Of a stretch of 64,000 nucleotides of DNA, positions 37,184-46,197 are shown piece after piece. Position 1 is the stretch's first letter. Every line of letters starts with the position of its first letter. Where the stretch lies: the IMG/VR virus record IMGVR_UViG_3300025087_000034. One strand, 5' to 3'. The position numbers and the translations under genes were made by a program. The DNA is from a virus. Its lineage: Duplodnaviria > Caudoviricetes. The notes below the pieces were generated by a model. That model did not search any database, was not told the DNA's origin, and saw nothing but the letters and a program-made list of their open reading frames with translations.

Positions 37184-39838
37184 ATGGTTACAGTTCAGCC
37201 TGGTAAAGTACCTACGTATACTTCTAGCCCCAATGTACAATTAGAGGACTATGAAGACTCTGATCGTACTAGGTTTGTTTTTAATGGGAGTCAGTATGTT
37301 AAAGCTTCCTTAGTTTCTTCTAAGCCGTCTTTTGCTTATGTTGGGTATAACAATTCTTCTTCATATGTAATGTTTTATACAGAATATAAGGATTCTTCTG
37401 GTAAGTATGCTCTTGTTAATGGCGAATACTATATACCCGAAGCTACGGGGCTACCTTCGTCTAGCTACTCTAATGTTATTTTAGTAGGATTTCCCACACA
37501 AATAAGTACGTCTGAAATAACTCTGTGGGGTATTTCTATGTTGGGTTTTTATGAGAATTTAACAGTTTCATATAGTTATGATGGGGACTTCTTTTTCGAT
37601 ATCGCTGGGTCCTCTGTTGTTTTTGGGTACGATGCTGATAAACAGCGCAGAGTGGATGAGTCTCCCCCCACAGGACTTTACTATTTTACAATTACGTTGG
37701 GGGCTACCTATACTGCTAGGTATTTTAGAGTACAGGCGTATAAAAAGACGCTGCTAACTCAGACAGTTCCGATTGGTGGGGCTGCTTCTCTTTTGGTAAA
37801 TTCTACGGCAGGGTTTCCTACGACATGCCTTTCTGGAGGGGCAGTGTTTGTTGAAAGTGTTTCTGGAGATAATTACTATATTACATATACTGGTAAAACT
37901 GCTACAAGTTTTACTGGTGTTTCTTATGTAACCTCGCCATTATATGAGAGTACTGCTTCTGTGCACGGTGTTATATTTAAGGGAGACTTTGCCCATTTTT
38001 TAACAGAGACTGTGGTTGTTGGTTCTGCTGAACCGACATTAGAGTTTTGGGATACAGATGGTAGTAAAGCCACCACTAAAGTCCTAGATAAGATTGACTA
38101 TTATGATATAGCCCATGATAGGGGGTATGATACGTATGTTTCCATAAGGTATAATGAGTCTTTGGATGGGTCTGGTGGGGTAGGTTTTTCACCTAGCGAT
38201 GATTTTGATTATGCAACAGCGGCGTTAAATACTACTAGGTGGGCGGTTGGTACTGGTGAGCCAAATTTTCAGGTCAATACTTCTTCTGGTACTTTGGACT
38301 ATCTTGTTCCTAATGATGAAGGTCGTATTATAACTAATTATTATTTATCCGGAGATTTTACAAGCTCCATAGACATAGGGTTTAATAACATAACCTCTAG
38401 CTTGGCTAGGTTAGAATTAAGAGCTGTGGATGATGATACAAATAATGTATTTGTACAAATGGGTGTCAGGGGATCTTGGTTATACGGGGGAGCAAAGGAT
38501 GGTGTATGGGAAGCTTTGCAGGTTAGAAAAACGATTGATACCACAGGTGGAGATGCGAAAATTAGAAATCTCAGAATAACTACTAGTGGTATGTCTTTTT
38601 CTGAGAAGTTTACTTTTGTTTATGACGCTGTTAATGAGGAGTGGGGTGTAAGTTCTGATGTTAGGGGTGACTTGTTATCATTATTACCGGGCAGTGATTA
38701 TTTAGACGGCCCCTTGGCTATGAGTATAGCCCATTCCGACGATCCTGCAAATGGTGCACAGCTGGTTTTAGATGTAAATTTGCAACAAAATGCCCTTCCG
38801 TATTCTTCATGGCCTTGGGATTGGAGAATAAGTATAGACAGGGCCTCTAGTAGTATTATATGCAAGTATGATAGTGGCTCTGGTTTTGTTAATTGGGTTA
38901 CTTATACCGATAGTGATCTACTAGATTTAAATCTTGAGTTGTACGCAGACGGTGCTTCACAGCCAATAGATGCTGTTTTTGATAACTTAGTTGTAACAGG
39001 GACAGACTTGTTTAGTGGTATTCCAGTTTTTTCTATAGAGACCGTGAATTCAAACGGGGTGACGACGCAGGTAGCTGGCCTATCTGATATGGATGGTTAT
39101 GTAGTTAAGAGGTTCGATGTTATAAATGATGTTCTTGAATATAATTCCTATATAGGAAATAGAGTACAGATAGCCACAGATAGTTTAACGGCTGTTCAGG
39201 GAGGGAGTTTATATATAAAGATCGGTAAGAACATATATAAGTATTCAAAGTCTTTGTTACCTTTAGACCTTGAAGACGGGTCTTTAGCTACTAAATACAT
39301 GGAAAACGTGGTTCCCGAGACTTCTGCCGTAGCCTTTTCTTACTCTTCTTATACAAATGGTGCTTTAGCCTATGTAGAGTATGATAGTGAAAGAGAGGGC
39401 ACGTATATAAAAACAGTCGGTACAACTACATGCAGTGGAACTTCCTATGAAGCATTATTAGATGTGGCTTCTTCGGATTTTCCTTGGGCGTGGGACCAAA
39501 ATAACTATACAACACTCTATTATGTTGATGCTTCTGACAATATTAAGTTTTATGACATGGATGCTAGGGATGTAGCTTTTTGTAACGTCGTTTCTTCAGA
39601 AAAAATAATGTCTGCAGGTACGGGCTCGTTATCTTCTATAAATGCTACTGTCTTGAACGTGTATGGGGAACCTTTACAGTCTAAAACAGTTACGTTTAGT
39701 GTGTCAGCTGGTGATGGAGCTGTTCCTTCTAGTACGTTCTGTACTAATGCTTCTGGTATTGCTAGTACTATCTACACTGTAGGTAACACTGTTGGTATAG
39801 TTACAATAACAGCAACAGCCTCTGATGTATCTTGTTAG
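37184..39838 (+). CDS. Large tail fibre/spike-like protein (884 aa) with C-terminal Big_1 domain
   Basis: FVFNGSQYV, YSYDGDFFF, FWDTDGSKA and FCNVVSSE...NVYGEPLQSKTVTFSVSAGDG match the upstream paralog. Confidence 0.6.
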   Translation: MVTVQPGKVPTYTSSPNVQLEDYEDSDRTRFVFNGSQYVKASLVSSKPSFAYVGYNNSSSYVMFYTEYKDSSGKYALVNGEYYIPEATGLPSSSYSNVILVGFPTQISTSEITLWGISMLGFYENLTVSYSYDGDFFFDIAGSSVVFGYDADKQRRVDESPPTGLYYFTITLGATYTARYFRVQAYKKTLLTQTVPIGGAASLLVNSTAGFPTTCLSGGAVFVESVSGDNYYITYTGKTATSFTGVSYVTSPLYESTASVHGVIFKGDFAHFLTETVVVGSAEPTLEFWDTDGSKATTKVLDKIDYYDIAHDRGYDTYVSIRYNESLDGSGGVGFSPSDDFDYATAALNTTRWAVGTGEPNFQVNTSSGTLDYLVPNDEGRIITNYYLSGDFTSSIDIGFNNITSSLARLELRAVDDDTNNVFVQMGVRGSWLYGGAKDGVWEALQVRKTIDTTGGDAKIRNLRITTSGMSFSEKFTFVYDAVNEEWGVSSDVRGDLLSLLPGSDYLDGPLAMSIAHSDDPANGAQLVLDVNLQQNALPYSSWPWDWRISIDRASSSIICKYDSGSGFVNWVTYTDSDLLDLNLELYADGASQPIDAVFDNLVVTGTDLFSGIPVFSIETVNSNGVTTQVAGLSDMDGYVVKRFDVINDVLEYNSYIGNRVQIATDSLTAVQGGSLYIKIGKNIYKYSKSLLPLDLEDGSLATKYMENVVPETSAVAFSYSSYTNGALAYVEYDSEREGTYIKTVGTTTCSGTSYEALLDVASSDFPWAWDQNNYTTLYYVDASDNIKFYDMDARDVAFCNVVSSEKIMSAGTGSLSSINATVLNVYGEPLQSKTVTFSVSAGDGAVPSSTFCTNASGIASTIYTVGNTVGIVTITATASDVSC

Positions 39839-39846
39839 GAGTTTAA

Positions 39847-42360
39847 ATGCGCTGGAAAGAGGGTGGAATAAACTATGCCTCTGGTAGTTTTAGTATTCCC
39901 GGGAGTAGCGTTCGGGTGTGTGCCTATGATAATGGCACACAGGTGTGTGATAAAGGACACAAAATAACAACACCAGGACAGTGTTATTCTCAAAGCATAG
40001 GAACTATAATAAGTACAGACCCTACGTTTCAGCCTACTTACCCTATATGTTTGGTAGATTATATGGGTCTTATTAATAGTTCGGGTTTTATATTTAATAG
40101 ACAGTATGGTATTTCTAGCACTTTTAATATAAGTACTTTAGATGTTGTTTTGTCTGCCTATAGCTTGGTGTTGTCTTCATTATATACAGAGAAAGAAGAG
40201 TATTTAGTTGTAAAAAGTATATATAAGTTGTTTGATTCTTTAGGTATTAGGGTTTGGTCAGATAGTATAACAGACAGTTATTCAGCCTATTTATCTGATT
40301 ATTATATGGTTGGTACTTTTAAGCTTTTATTGTTGAATAGTGGCTACATTCTCAGAGCTATAAATGCCTTTTCTGAGTTGTACCAGTATGATGTGTATGG
40401 TAGTGTTTCCTTACTTATGCCCTATTATTTTTTCCCTAAGATTACTAGGCAGGTAAATTTAGTAGTAATAGATGATATTACTGGTAGTTTTTCTGAGGTT
40501 GAGTCTTTATTTAAGTTGAGTGTAGAAAATTCTTCCGGCGGGGAAAATGAAAATCCTACAGATATATGTGTAGGAGACTTAACAAAACCATCTCTAGAAA
40601 ACATTCTACCTATACCAGGTTCTGTACTAAGACCAAATACTTCCTCTATATCATTTACTATAATAGATGCTATAGGGGGTGTTGATAGGTCTTCATTATA
40701 CATAACTATAAGTGGAAGTATAACAGCCCAAGCAGGTGGTAGTTCTATTATTGAGGCGGGTGTTATTCAAACTCCCCTGTATGCTTTTTTGGACGGGGAT
40801 GAGAATAGTTATGAATTTACCTATAACCCACCCTTTTTGTGGGCTGATAATGAAACAGTTTCTATAGCAGCTCATGGTTCTGATAAACTGCCTTTAGACG
40901 CAGAAGATGAAGAATTTATATGTGGTGGTCTTTCTACGAATAGCTTTGATGAGGCTTGGTCTTTTAATGTTGCTGGTATAAAGGAACTTACTTGTTCTAT
41001 AGTTGGGTTGGCGGATTCAGAACCTCCGTACATTGATTCTATATATCCTGTTCCTTTTTATGCTTATGCAAGATATGACGATGATATAACTTTTAACATA
41101 AAAGATGACCATGCCGGAGTTGATTTAAGTACTCTTTATGTCTATATAAATAATATTCCTGTTATTAGTGCTGGTGTGATTAATTCTGGTAATGTTTTTT
41201 TGGCCGGCGAAAAAAATTCATATCAATTTACATGGTCTAATACAGTAGGATTTATATATGGTGATAGAGTAGAAGTACATATAGTAGTTTCAGACTTATA
41301 TGCTGTTTTACCAAATATGTTAGACACAACTTATTATTTTGATGTAGTTGATGATTCTTCTCTGCAGTTCTTAAATTTTTTGCCGGCGGTAGGAATAACA
41401 CCTGACCTAGAAAATGTAAATATTGAAATAGATATTATAGATTCTCTTTACAATATTGATCAAAACAACTTATATATAAGTATGAACCAAGAAGTTGTAG
41501 ATAGTACCAAGACAAATATACAAGGTAATAGAAATTTAACTACTACATATTCTGGTTTAACAGCAATATCAGGTACTTGGATACATGATGCAGAAGTACT
41601 AGGCAGTATAATTACAAATACAACAGTTTCTGGTTCTTATATTATAGGAGGTAGTATAGAATATGGAAGTTCCATTTCTGGTTTTATGGGCTCTTTTCCT
41701 GCTCCTTTCGACTTAACTCCTTCCGGTATGATTATTTCCGCTGATTTATATGAAGGAATTGTAGTTTCGGGGACACTGGAAACTGTTCTTGTTAGTGGCA
41801 CTAACTGGGATGGCAAATATGAGAATTCAACTATTACTGATGTTAGTTTATCTGGGTTTTATTGTAGCAGCGTTTCTTCTTATAATACGATAATAAGTGG
41901 TACTATTGGCTACCATTTAGAGTATCACCCAGTAAATGACTTTGCTTATGATAGACCAATAGATATACTTATACATGCAGAAAATTTAAATTCCATTTCA
42001 CCGGTTGTTCGTGAAAGGATTTATAGGTTGTTTTATGGTTATAATGTAAAGACATTTAATACTAAGTTCAATAATAATGATAGAATAGTTGTTTATCTAG
42101 AAGCTTTAAATACATCAAATTTTTCGGCGGCGCTAAAAAATTCATATTACTTCAACACGAAAGAAAAAAGTATTTCTAATATATATGCTTCTATAAATAT
42201 AGTAGAACCATGGTTAAATATAACAGCCGATATACAACCACAAGCACCCGTACACAGGTACGGAGAAACAATAACTGTAGTACTATACGCACAAGACGTA
42301 CAAGGTAATGTATTGGGGCCGTATACCTTTTCATATACGATAGAAGATGCCCCAGAATAA
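39847..42360 (+). CDS. Structural protein (837 aa) with repeated SbsA/Big_5-like Ig domains
   Basis: KPSLENILPIPG...SISFTIIDAIGGVDRSSLYITI; PPYIDSIYPVP...DITFNIKDDHAGVDLSTLYVYINN; LQFLNFLPAVG...IEIDIIDSLYNID. Confidence 0.55.
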   Translation: MRWKEGGINYASGSFSIPGSSVRVCAYDNGTQVCDKGHKITTPGQCYSQSIGTIISTDPTFQPTYPICLVDYMGLINSSGFIFNRQYGISSTFNISTLDVVLSAYSLVLSSLYTEKEEYLVVKSIYKLFDSLGIRVWSDSITDSYSAYLSDYYMVGTFKLLLLNSGYILRAINAFSELYQYDVYGSVSLLMPYYFFPKITRQVNLVVIDDITGSFSEVESLFKLSVENSSGGENENPTDICVGDLTKPSLENILPIPGSVLRPNTSSISFTIIDAIGGVDRSSLYITISGSITAQAGGSSIIEAGVIQTPLYAFLDGDENSYEFTYNPPFLWADNETVSIAAHGSDKLPLDAEDEEFICGGLSTNSFDEAWSFNVAGIKELTCSIVGLADSEPPYIDSIYPVPFYAYARYDDDITFNIKDDHAGVDLSTLYVYINNIPVISAGVINSGNVFLAGEKNSYQFTWSNTVGFIYGDRVEVHIVVSDLYAVLPNMLDTTYYFDVVDDSSLQFLNFLPAVGITPDLENVNIEIDIIDSLYNIDQNNLYISMNQEVVDSTKTNIQGNRNLTTTYSGLTAISGTWIHDAEVLGSIITNTTVSGSYIIGGSIEYGSSISGFMGSFPAPFDLTPSGMIISADLYEGIVVSGTLETVLVSGTNWDGKYENSTITDVSLSGFYCSSVSSYNTIISGTIGYHLEYHPVNDFAYDRPIDILIHAENLNSISPVVRERIYRLFYGYNVKTFNTKFNNNDRIVVYLEALNTSNFSAALKNSYYFNTKEKSISNIYASINIVEPWLNITADIQPQAPVHRYGETITVVLYAQDVQGNVLGPYTFSYTIEDAPE

Positions 42361-42378
42361 TAAGAGGAGGATGAATAT

Positions 42379-43950
42379 ATGACGGCAACGAGTAGATGGG
42401 TGAGGTTTCCGATTGCGGGAGCTACCTATGTATCATCGGCCAACATAGGACAAAGGGGTCTAGTAGTGGGTACGGGATCTACTTCCGATACCTTTACTAT
42501 TGGGGCATCTAATAACCAAATAAGGGTTAATTTGGATGGCATTGGTGCTCAAGAGATTACTCTTACCTCTGGTACTGATTTAGATCCTAGGTTTGTTGCA
42601 AAAGATATACAGAGGAAGCTTCAGGTATTAAGTTCTCTAGGTAATGCATATAAATATGCAGACGCTGAATTTTCTAACCTACTTTCTGGGGACGGCGAGA
42701 GTCATTATGTAATTAGGTCTGGTACGAGCGGGGCTAGTAGCTCTGTAGCTATTACCGATGGTACAAATAATGCCAGGTCAACCCTTGGTTTGAATACTAC
42801 TACCACAAAAGCCGGTGATGTCTATCATACAGACTACAATAGGGCCGCGACCAATAGCAATACCTATGCTGGTACGGCTACTTCTAGTGGTACATATGGT
42901 GGGTTGCTTGACGAAGAATACCATGTAGCTTGTACTAATGCAGCTTTAATGGCAATAACTCCCGGGGGCGGAAATGTTTATGCTGGCACTGCCTATGTAA
43001 CAGGTGACTGGAACCATAGTCTGGGTTCTACTTATACCGTTACGATTGATGCTTCTGGTGGAAAAGAGGTTATGAATGCTGGAACGGGAAGTGTTCCTAC
43101 GTTTACGGCTACGGATGCTGGTGCTGCCGGCGATAATGTTGCAGTGGCTCAGGAACTTCTTTTCTCAGACGAGTGGTATTATTTAGGGACTTATGGTGCT
43201 AGGATTAAGTTTACGGACGCCCAATTTGGAAATGGTGATACTTTCACTATAACTTGTACTCCTGCGGCTGGGGGTAATGGTGCTGTAGGGGCTGCTACGG
43301 TGAGGTTCTATTCTGACCGTGGTGATAATTCTAGTGGGAACTTAACAACTAGTACTGATTATGTAAGTATAGGTACTAAGGGTATTACCATGAAATGGAC
43401 TTCAAGTGCACTAGCTGTTCAGGACGAATGGAGAATTATGTGTCGTGCTCCACATCCCGAAGCTTATGGTGTTACTAGTATGTCCTATGGAAATGTTACG
43501 GTTACAACCAACTCTCCTGTGAAAGTACACCAGTTTGAAATTATTTCTGGTGCTCGTATTCTTTCTAATGTTAAGTTTTCTCTATATAGCCATGGAACAT
43601 TTAGTCATCATGATGCTGGGAACGCGGATACGCTTTTTCATTATGGTACCGTTGGCCCTGCTAATAGGGGTGATGGTTCTGGCCCTGTGGCTGATGCAGG
43701 TGTAGAGTGGGCTGCCAATATTTTAGCTACAGATATCTCTGTGGATAAGACGGGTGGTTCCACTGGTTCTCCAACTAACCTGTGGGCATCTAAAGAAGAC
43801 CTTGCTGTTGTTTCTGACGCAGATTCAGCAGAAACTATTGGAAATATTGGTCTTGCTTCCGATGCTATATTTACTGGAATAAAATTAGGAAGCGCAGAAA
43901 CGGGTAGTAATTCTGCCATATGTATGAGGGCCTACTTCGATTACTCATAG
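42379..43950 (+). CDS. G/T/A/S-rich virion structural protein (523 aa)
   Basis: Strong SD GAGGAGG and all-beta-type composition. The N-terminal domain is shared with 28689..29600. Confidence 0.6.
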   Translation: MTATSRWVRFPIAGATYVSSANIGQRGLVVGTGSTSDTFTIGASNNQIRVNLDGIGAQEITLTSGTDLDPRFVAKDIQRKLQVLSSLGNAYKYADAEFSNLLSGDGESHYVIRSGTSGASSSVAITDGTNNARSTLGLNTTTTKAGDVYHTDYNRAATNSNTYAGTATSSGTYGGLLDEEYHVACTNAALMAITPGGGNVYAGTAYVTGDWNHSLGSTYTVTIDASGGKEVMNAGTGSVPTFTATDAGAAGDNVAVAQELLFSDEWYYLGTYGARIKFTDAQFGNGDTFTITCTPAAGGNGAVGAATVRFYSDRGDNSSGNLTTSTDYVSIGTKGITMKWTSSALAVQDEWRIMCRAPHPEAYGVTSMSYGNVTVTTNSPVKVHQFEIISGARILSNVKFSLYSHGTFSHHDAGNADTLFHYGTVGPANRGDGSGPVADAGVEWAANILATDISVDKTGGSTGSPTNLWASKEDLAVVSDADSAETIGNIGLASDAIFTGIKLGSAETGSNSAICMRAYFDYS

Positions 43951-44094
43951 TATATTCTTTGACTTTATTAGTAATGGGGCATTAAAATAATTATATTATG
44001 TTTCTTTTTTGATTTACAAATCATATGCTTCTTATTATATATAGGGTAAGAGTCGCTTGGGCTCATGACATTTATAGATAATAGGAGGCACAAG

Positions 44095-45231
44095 ATGTCA
44101 AATCTATGTGAGTGTGGCTGTGGAACAGAGGTACCAGGTGGAAGGTTTGTACATGGGCACAACCGTAGGGGTAAGGCTAGTTTTACTTCTAACGGGCGCT
44201 GGTCTATGAAATATGATTGTTGTAGAGAGTGTGGTACCACAGAGTTAAAACATACTAGAGACGGGTATTGTCGCAATTGTTATAGAAGAAAGGCTCGTTC
44301 TGGAGAGATAGTTATAAAGAGGGACTTAACAGGGGGTAAGTGGTCTAAAAAATATGATTGCTGTACTGAGTGTGGTACTACGGAGGTTAGATACAAGTCT
44401 AAGGGACGTTGTGAGCATTGTGTTGCTAAAAAACAGGTGAGGGATAGGGGGAAACGGAATCGTAATTTTGGAGGGTGGTCTTGGTATTATGATAGGTGTG
44501 TTAAATGTGGTACTAGTGAGATTCCACATGGCTCGAGGGGTTTGTGTATGCAATGTTATTCAGAATTGGGGCGTGAGGATAAAAAGGGGGACTTGGCCCG
44601 TTGTCCAGTTTGTGGGGTTGCCACTGTTAGGTTGGAGCAGCATTTGGCCATGAAGTCAAAGAGAAGTCTCGAACATAGGGGCCTATATAATAAACTTTAT
44701 GATAGTGCTGTTGAGGCTTTTAGTAGTAGTCAAACGTCGAGGGAGGTTGCACTTTCCTTTGGTGTTAGTAAGAGAAGAATATTGGATATATGGCACGAAA
44801 ATTTTACAAAAGAAGAGGTTGTTGCTAGGGGAGAGAAAATACGCATAAGTAAGATTTCGGGAGAAAACCATTATCTTTTTGGTACTCTTATTAGCTTTCC
44901 TTATTCTAGTATTATAAGGTTTGAGGATATTAAGGGGAAAGTTGTTTTTTTGCGGTCTTCTTGGGAAGAAAAATATGCTCGGTATTTAGATTCCCAGAGG
45001 GTTGAGTGGGAGTATGAAACATACAAATTTAAATATTATGACTCTGAGGGTTCCCCTCATTACTATTTTCCTGATTTTTATTTGCCAGGTACAGGGGAGT
45101 TTGTTGAGGTTAAGGGTTATATGACAGATAAAGATCAGTACAAGATGGACGAGTGCAAACGTATACACGGTATTAATATAAGGCTTATGCAAAAAGAAGA
45201 TTTTAGAGTTATAGGCATAGTGGTATATTAG
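44095..45231 (+). CDS. Cys-repeat protein with C-terminal PD-(D/E)xK endonuclease (TnsA-N / T7 endo I-like); putative homing endonuclease
   Basis: AGGAGG before ATG 44095 (the ORF track starts at 44065). LCECGCG...RFVHGHN; three W..YD.C..CGT.E..H...G.C..C repeats; HTH-like SREVALSFGVS; RSSWE...LD...WEYE...YFPDFYLP...FVEVKG. Confidence 0.75.
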   Translation: MSNLCECGCGTEVPGGRFVHGHNRRGKASFTSNGRWSMKYDCCRECGTTELKHTRDGYCRNCYRRKARSGEIVIKRDLTGGKWSKKYDCCTECGTTEVRYKSKGRCEHCVAKKQVRDRGKRNRNFGGWSWYYDRCVKCGTSEIPHGSRGLCMQCYSELGREDKKGDLARCPVCGVATVRLEQHLAMKSKRSLEHRGLYNKLYDSAVEAFSSSQTSREVALSFGVSKRRILDIWHENFTKEEVVARGEKIRISKISGENHYLFGTLISFPYSSIIRFEDIKGKVVFLRSSWEEKYARYLDSQRVEWEYETYKFKYYDSEGSPHYYFPDFYLPGTGEFVEVKGYMTDKDQYKMDECKRIHGINIRLMQKEDFRVIGIVVY

Positions 45232-45434
45232 TTTATGTTTTTGTATGTGTGATTTAATGCTTAAACCTAAATTATTAACCCAGAGTTGCATTTTAATTTT
45301 CGGTCTTGTTTTTTTCTTTGGGGACTATATAGGACATTACCTCTATTGTAGTATTATTTTAAGGGTTTTTTCTTTCGCCGAAAAATTTTGTGGGCGATAA
45401 AAAATCAAAATTAACTTAGGATAGGAAAAAACAA

Positions 45435-45794
45435 ATGGATGTAGCTATCATTGGACAAGTTATCGCGGCTGTAATTGTAGCTTTGCTGGGATGGAAAGGT
45501 GGGGAAGTCGCAATTTTTCGCTATCGACATCGTAATGATGTAGAGGGCCCTGCGTCTGTTTTAGTGAGCTTGTGTGAAGAGAGGCATCGGGCAGTTGACC
45601 AACACATGTTAGAGCTTGTGAAGGCTACTGAGAATCTCTCCAATGAAATACGGAAGGTAGTTGAACTTCAACAGAATTTTTTATCTTTGGAGGGCCCACT
45701 AAATAGAATAAAAGAGGAGATTTTAGAGGAGGTAGAAGAAGAAGTGGGAAAGGCTATTTCAGTGCATGAGCAAATTCACCACAAAAGTATTTAA
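45435..45794 (+). CDS. Small membrane protein with one N-terminal TM helix plus coiled coil; possible holin
   Basis: VAIIGQVIAAVIVALLGW hydrophobic stretch, then an E/L-rich helical tail. No endolysin recognised nearby. Confidence 0.35.
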   Translation: MDVAIIGQVIAAVIVALLGWKGGEVAIFRYRHRNDVEGPASVLVSLCEERHRAVDQHMLELVKATENLSNEIRKVVELQQNFLSLEGPLNRIKEEILEEVEEEVGKAISVHEQIHHKSI

Positions 45795-45828
45795 TATATT
45801 TCTTTGATTAAAGGTGAGAGAATTTAAA

Positions 45829-46197
45829 ATGAGAAACGCTACCCCCATAGGATTTTCTATAGACGATAATATTATGAATTTACCTATCGGTTGGTTTTTA
45901 GTCTATAATGATGGAACAGTTATAACTGAAAACCAAGCTGATTGGAATAAGGTAAGTAAGTTTAATATAAAAACTTTGGGTTTAAAGTGGGGAGAAAAGT
46001 TTTGGACTATAAGTGGAAAGAGTTCTTATGTACAATTTAAAAGGGGGGCGGCTAGTTTTTCTCTCTCCGGAGATTTTTCTTCTGATATAGAATGTCTAGA
46101 ACACTGTATAGGTTATTACGAAGGAAAAAGCAAAATAATTTATAGGGTTAATCACTATACTGGACAGATGAGGTTGGATGTCAAGGATGTAGATTAG
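45829..46197 (+). CDS. Hypothetical protein (122 aa)
   Basis: ATG 45829 with upstream GGTGA SD; the alternative GTG 45814 is in the ORF track. The stop abuts the next ATG. Confidence 0.65.
   Translation: MRNATPIGFSIDDNIMNLPIGWFLVYNDGTVITENQADWNKVSKFNIKTLGLKWGEKFWTISGKSSYVQFKRGAASFSLSGDFSSDIECLEHCIGYYEGKSKIIYRVNHYTGQMRLDVKDVD

Noticed and set aside
43951-45434. tRNA or structured ncRNA in the larger intergenic gaps
   Set aside because: No cloverleaf, T-loop (GTTCRA) or extended pairing was visible. The gaps are AT-rich and short.
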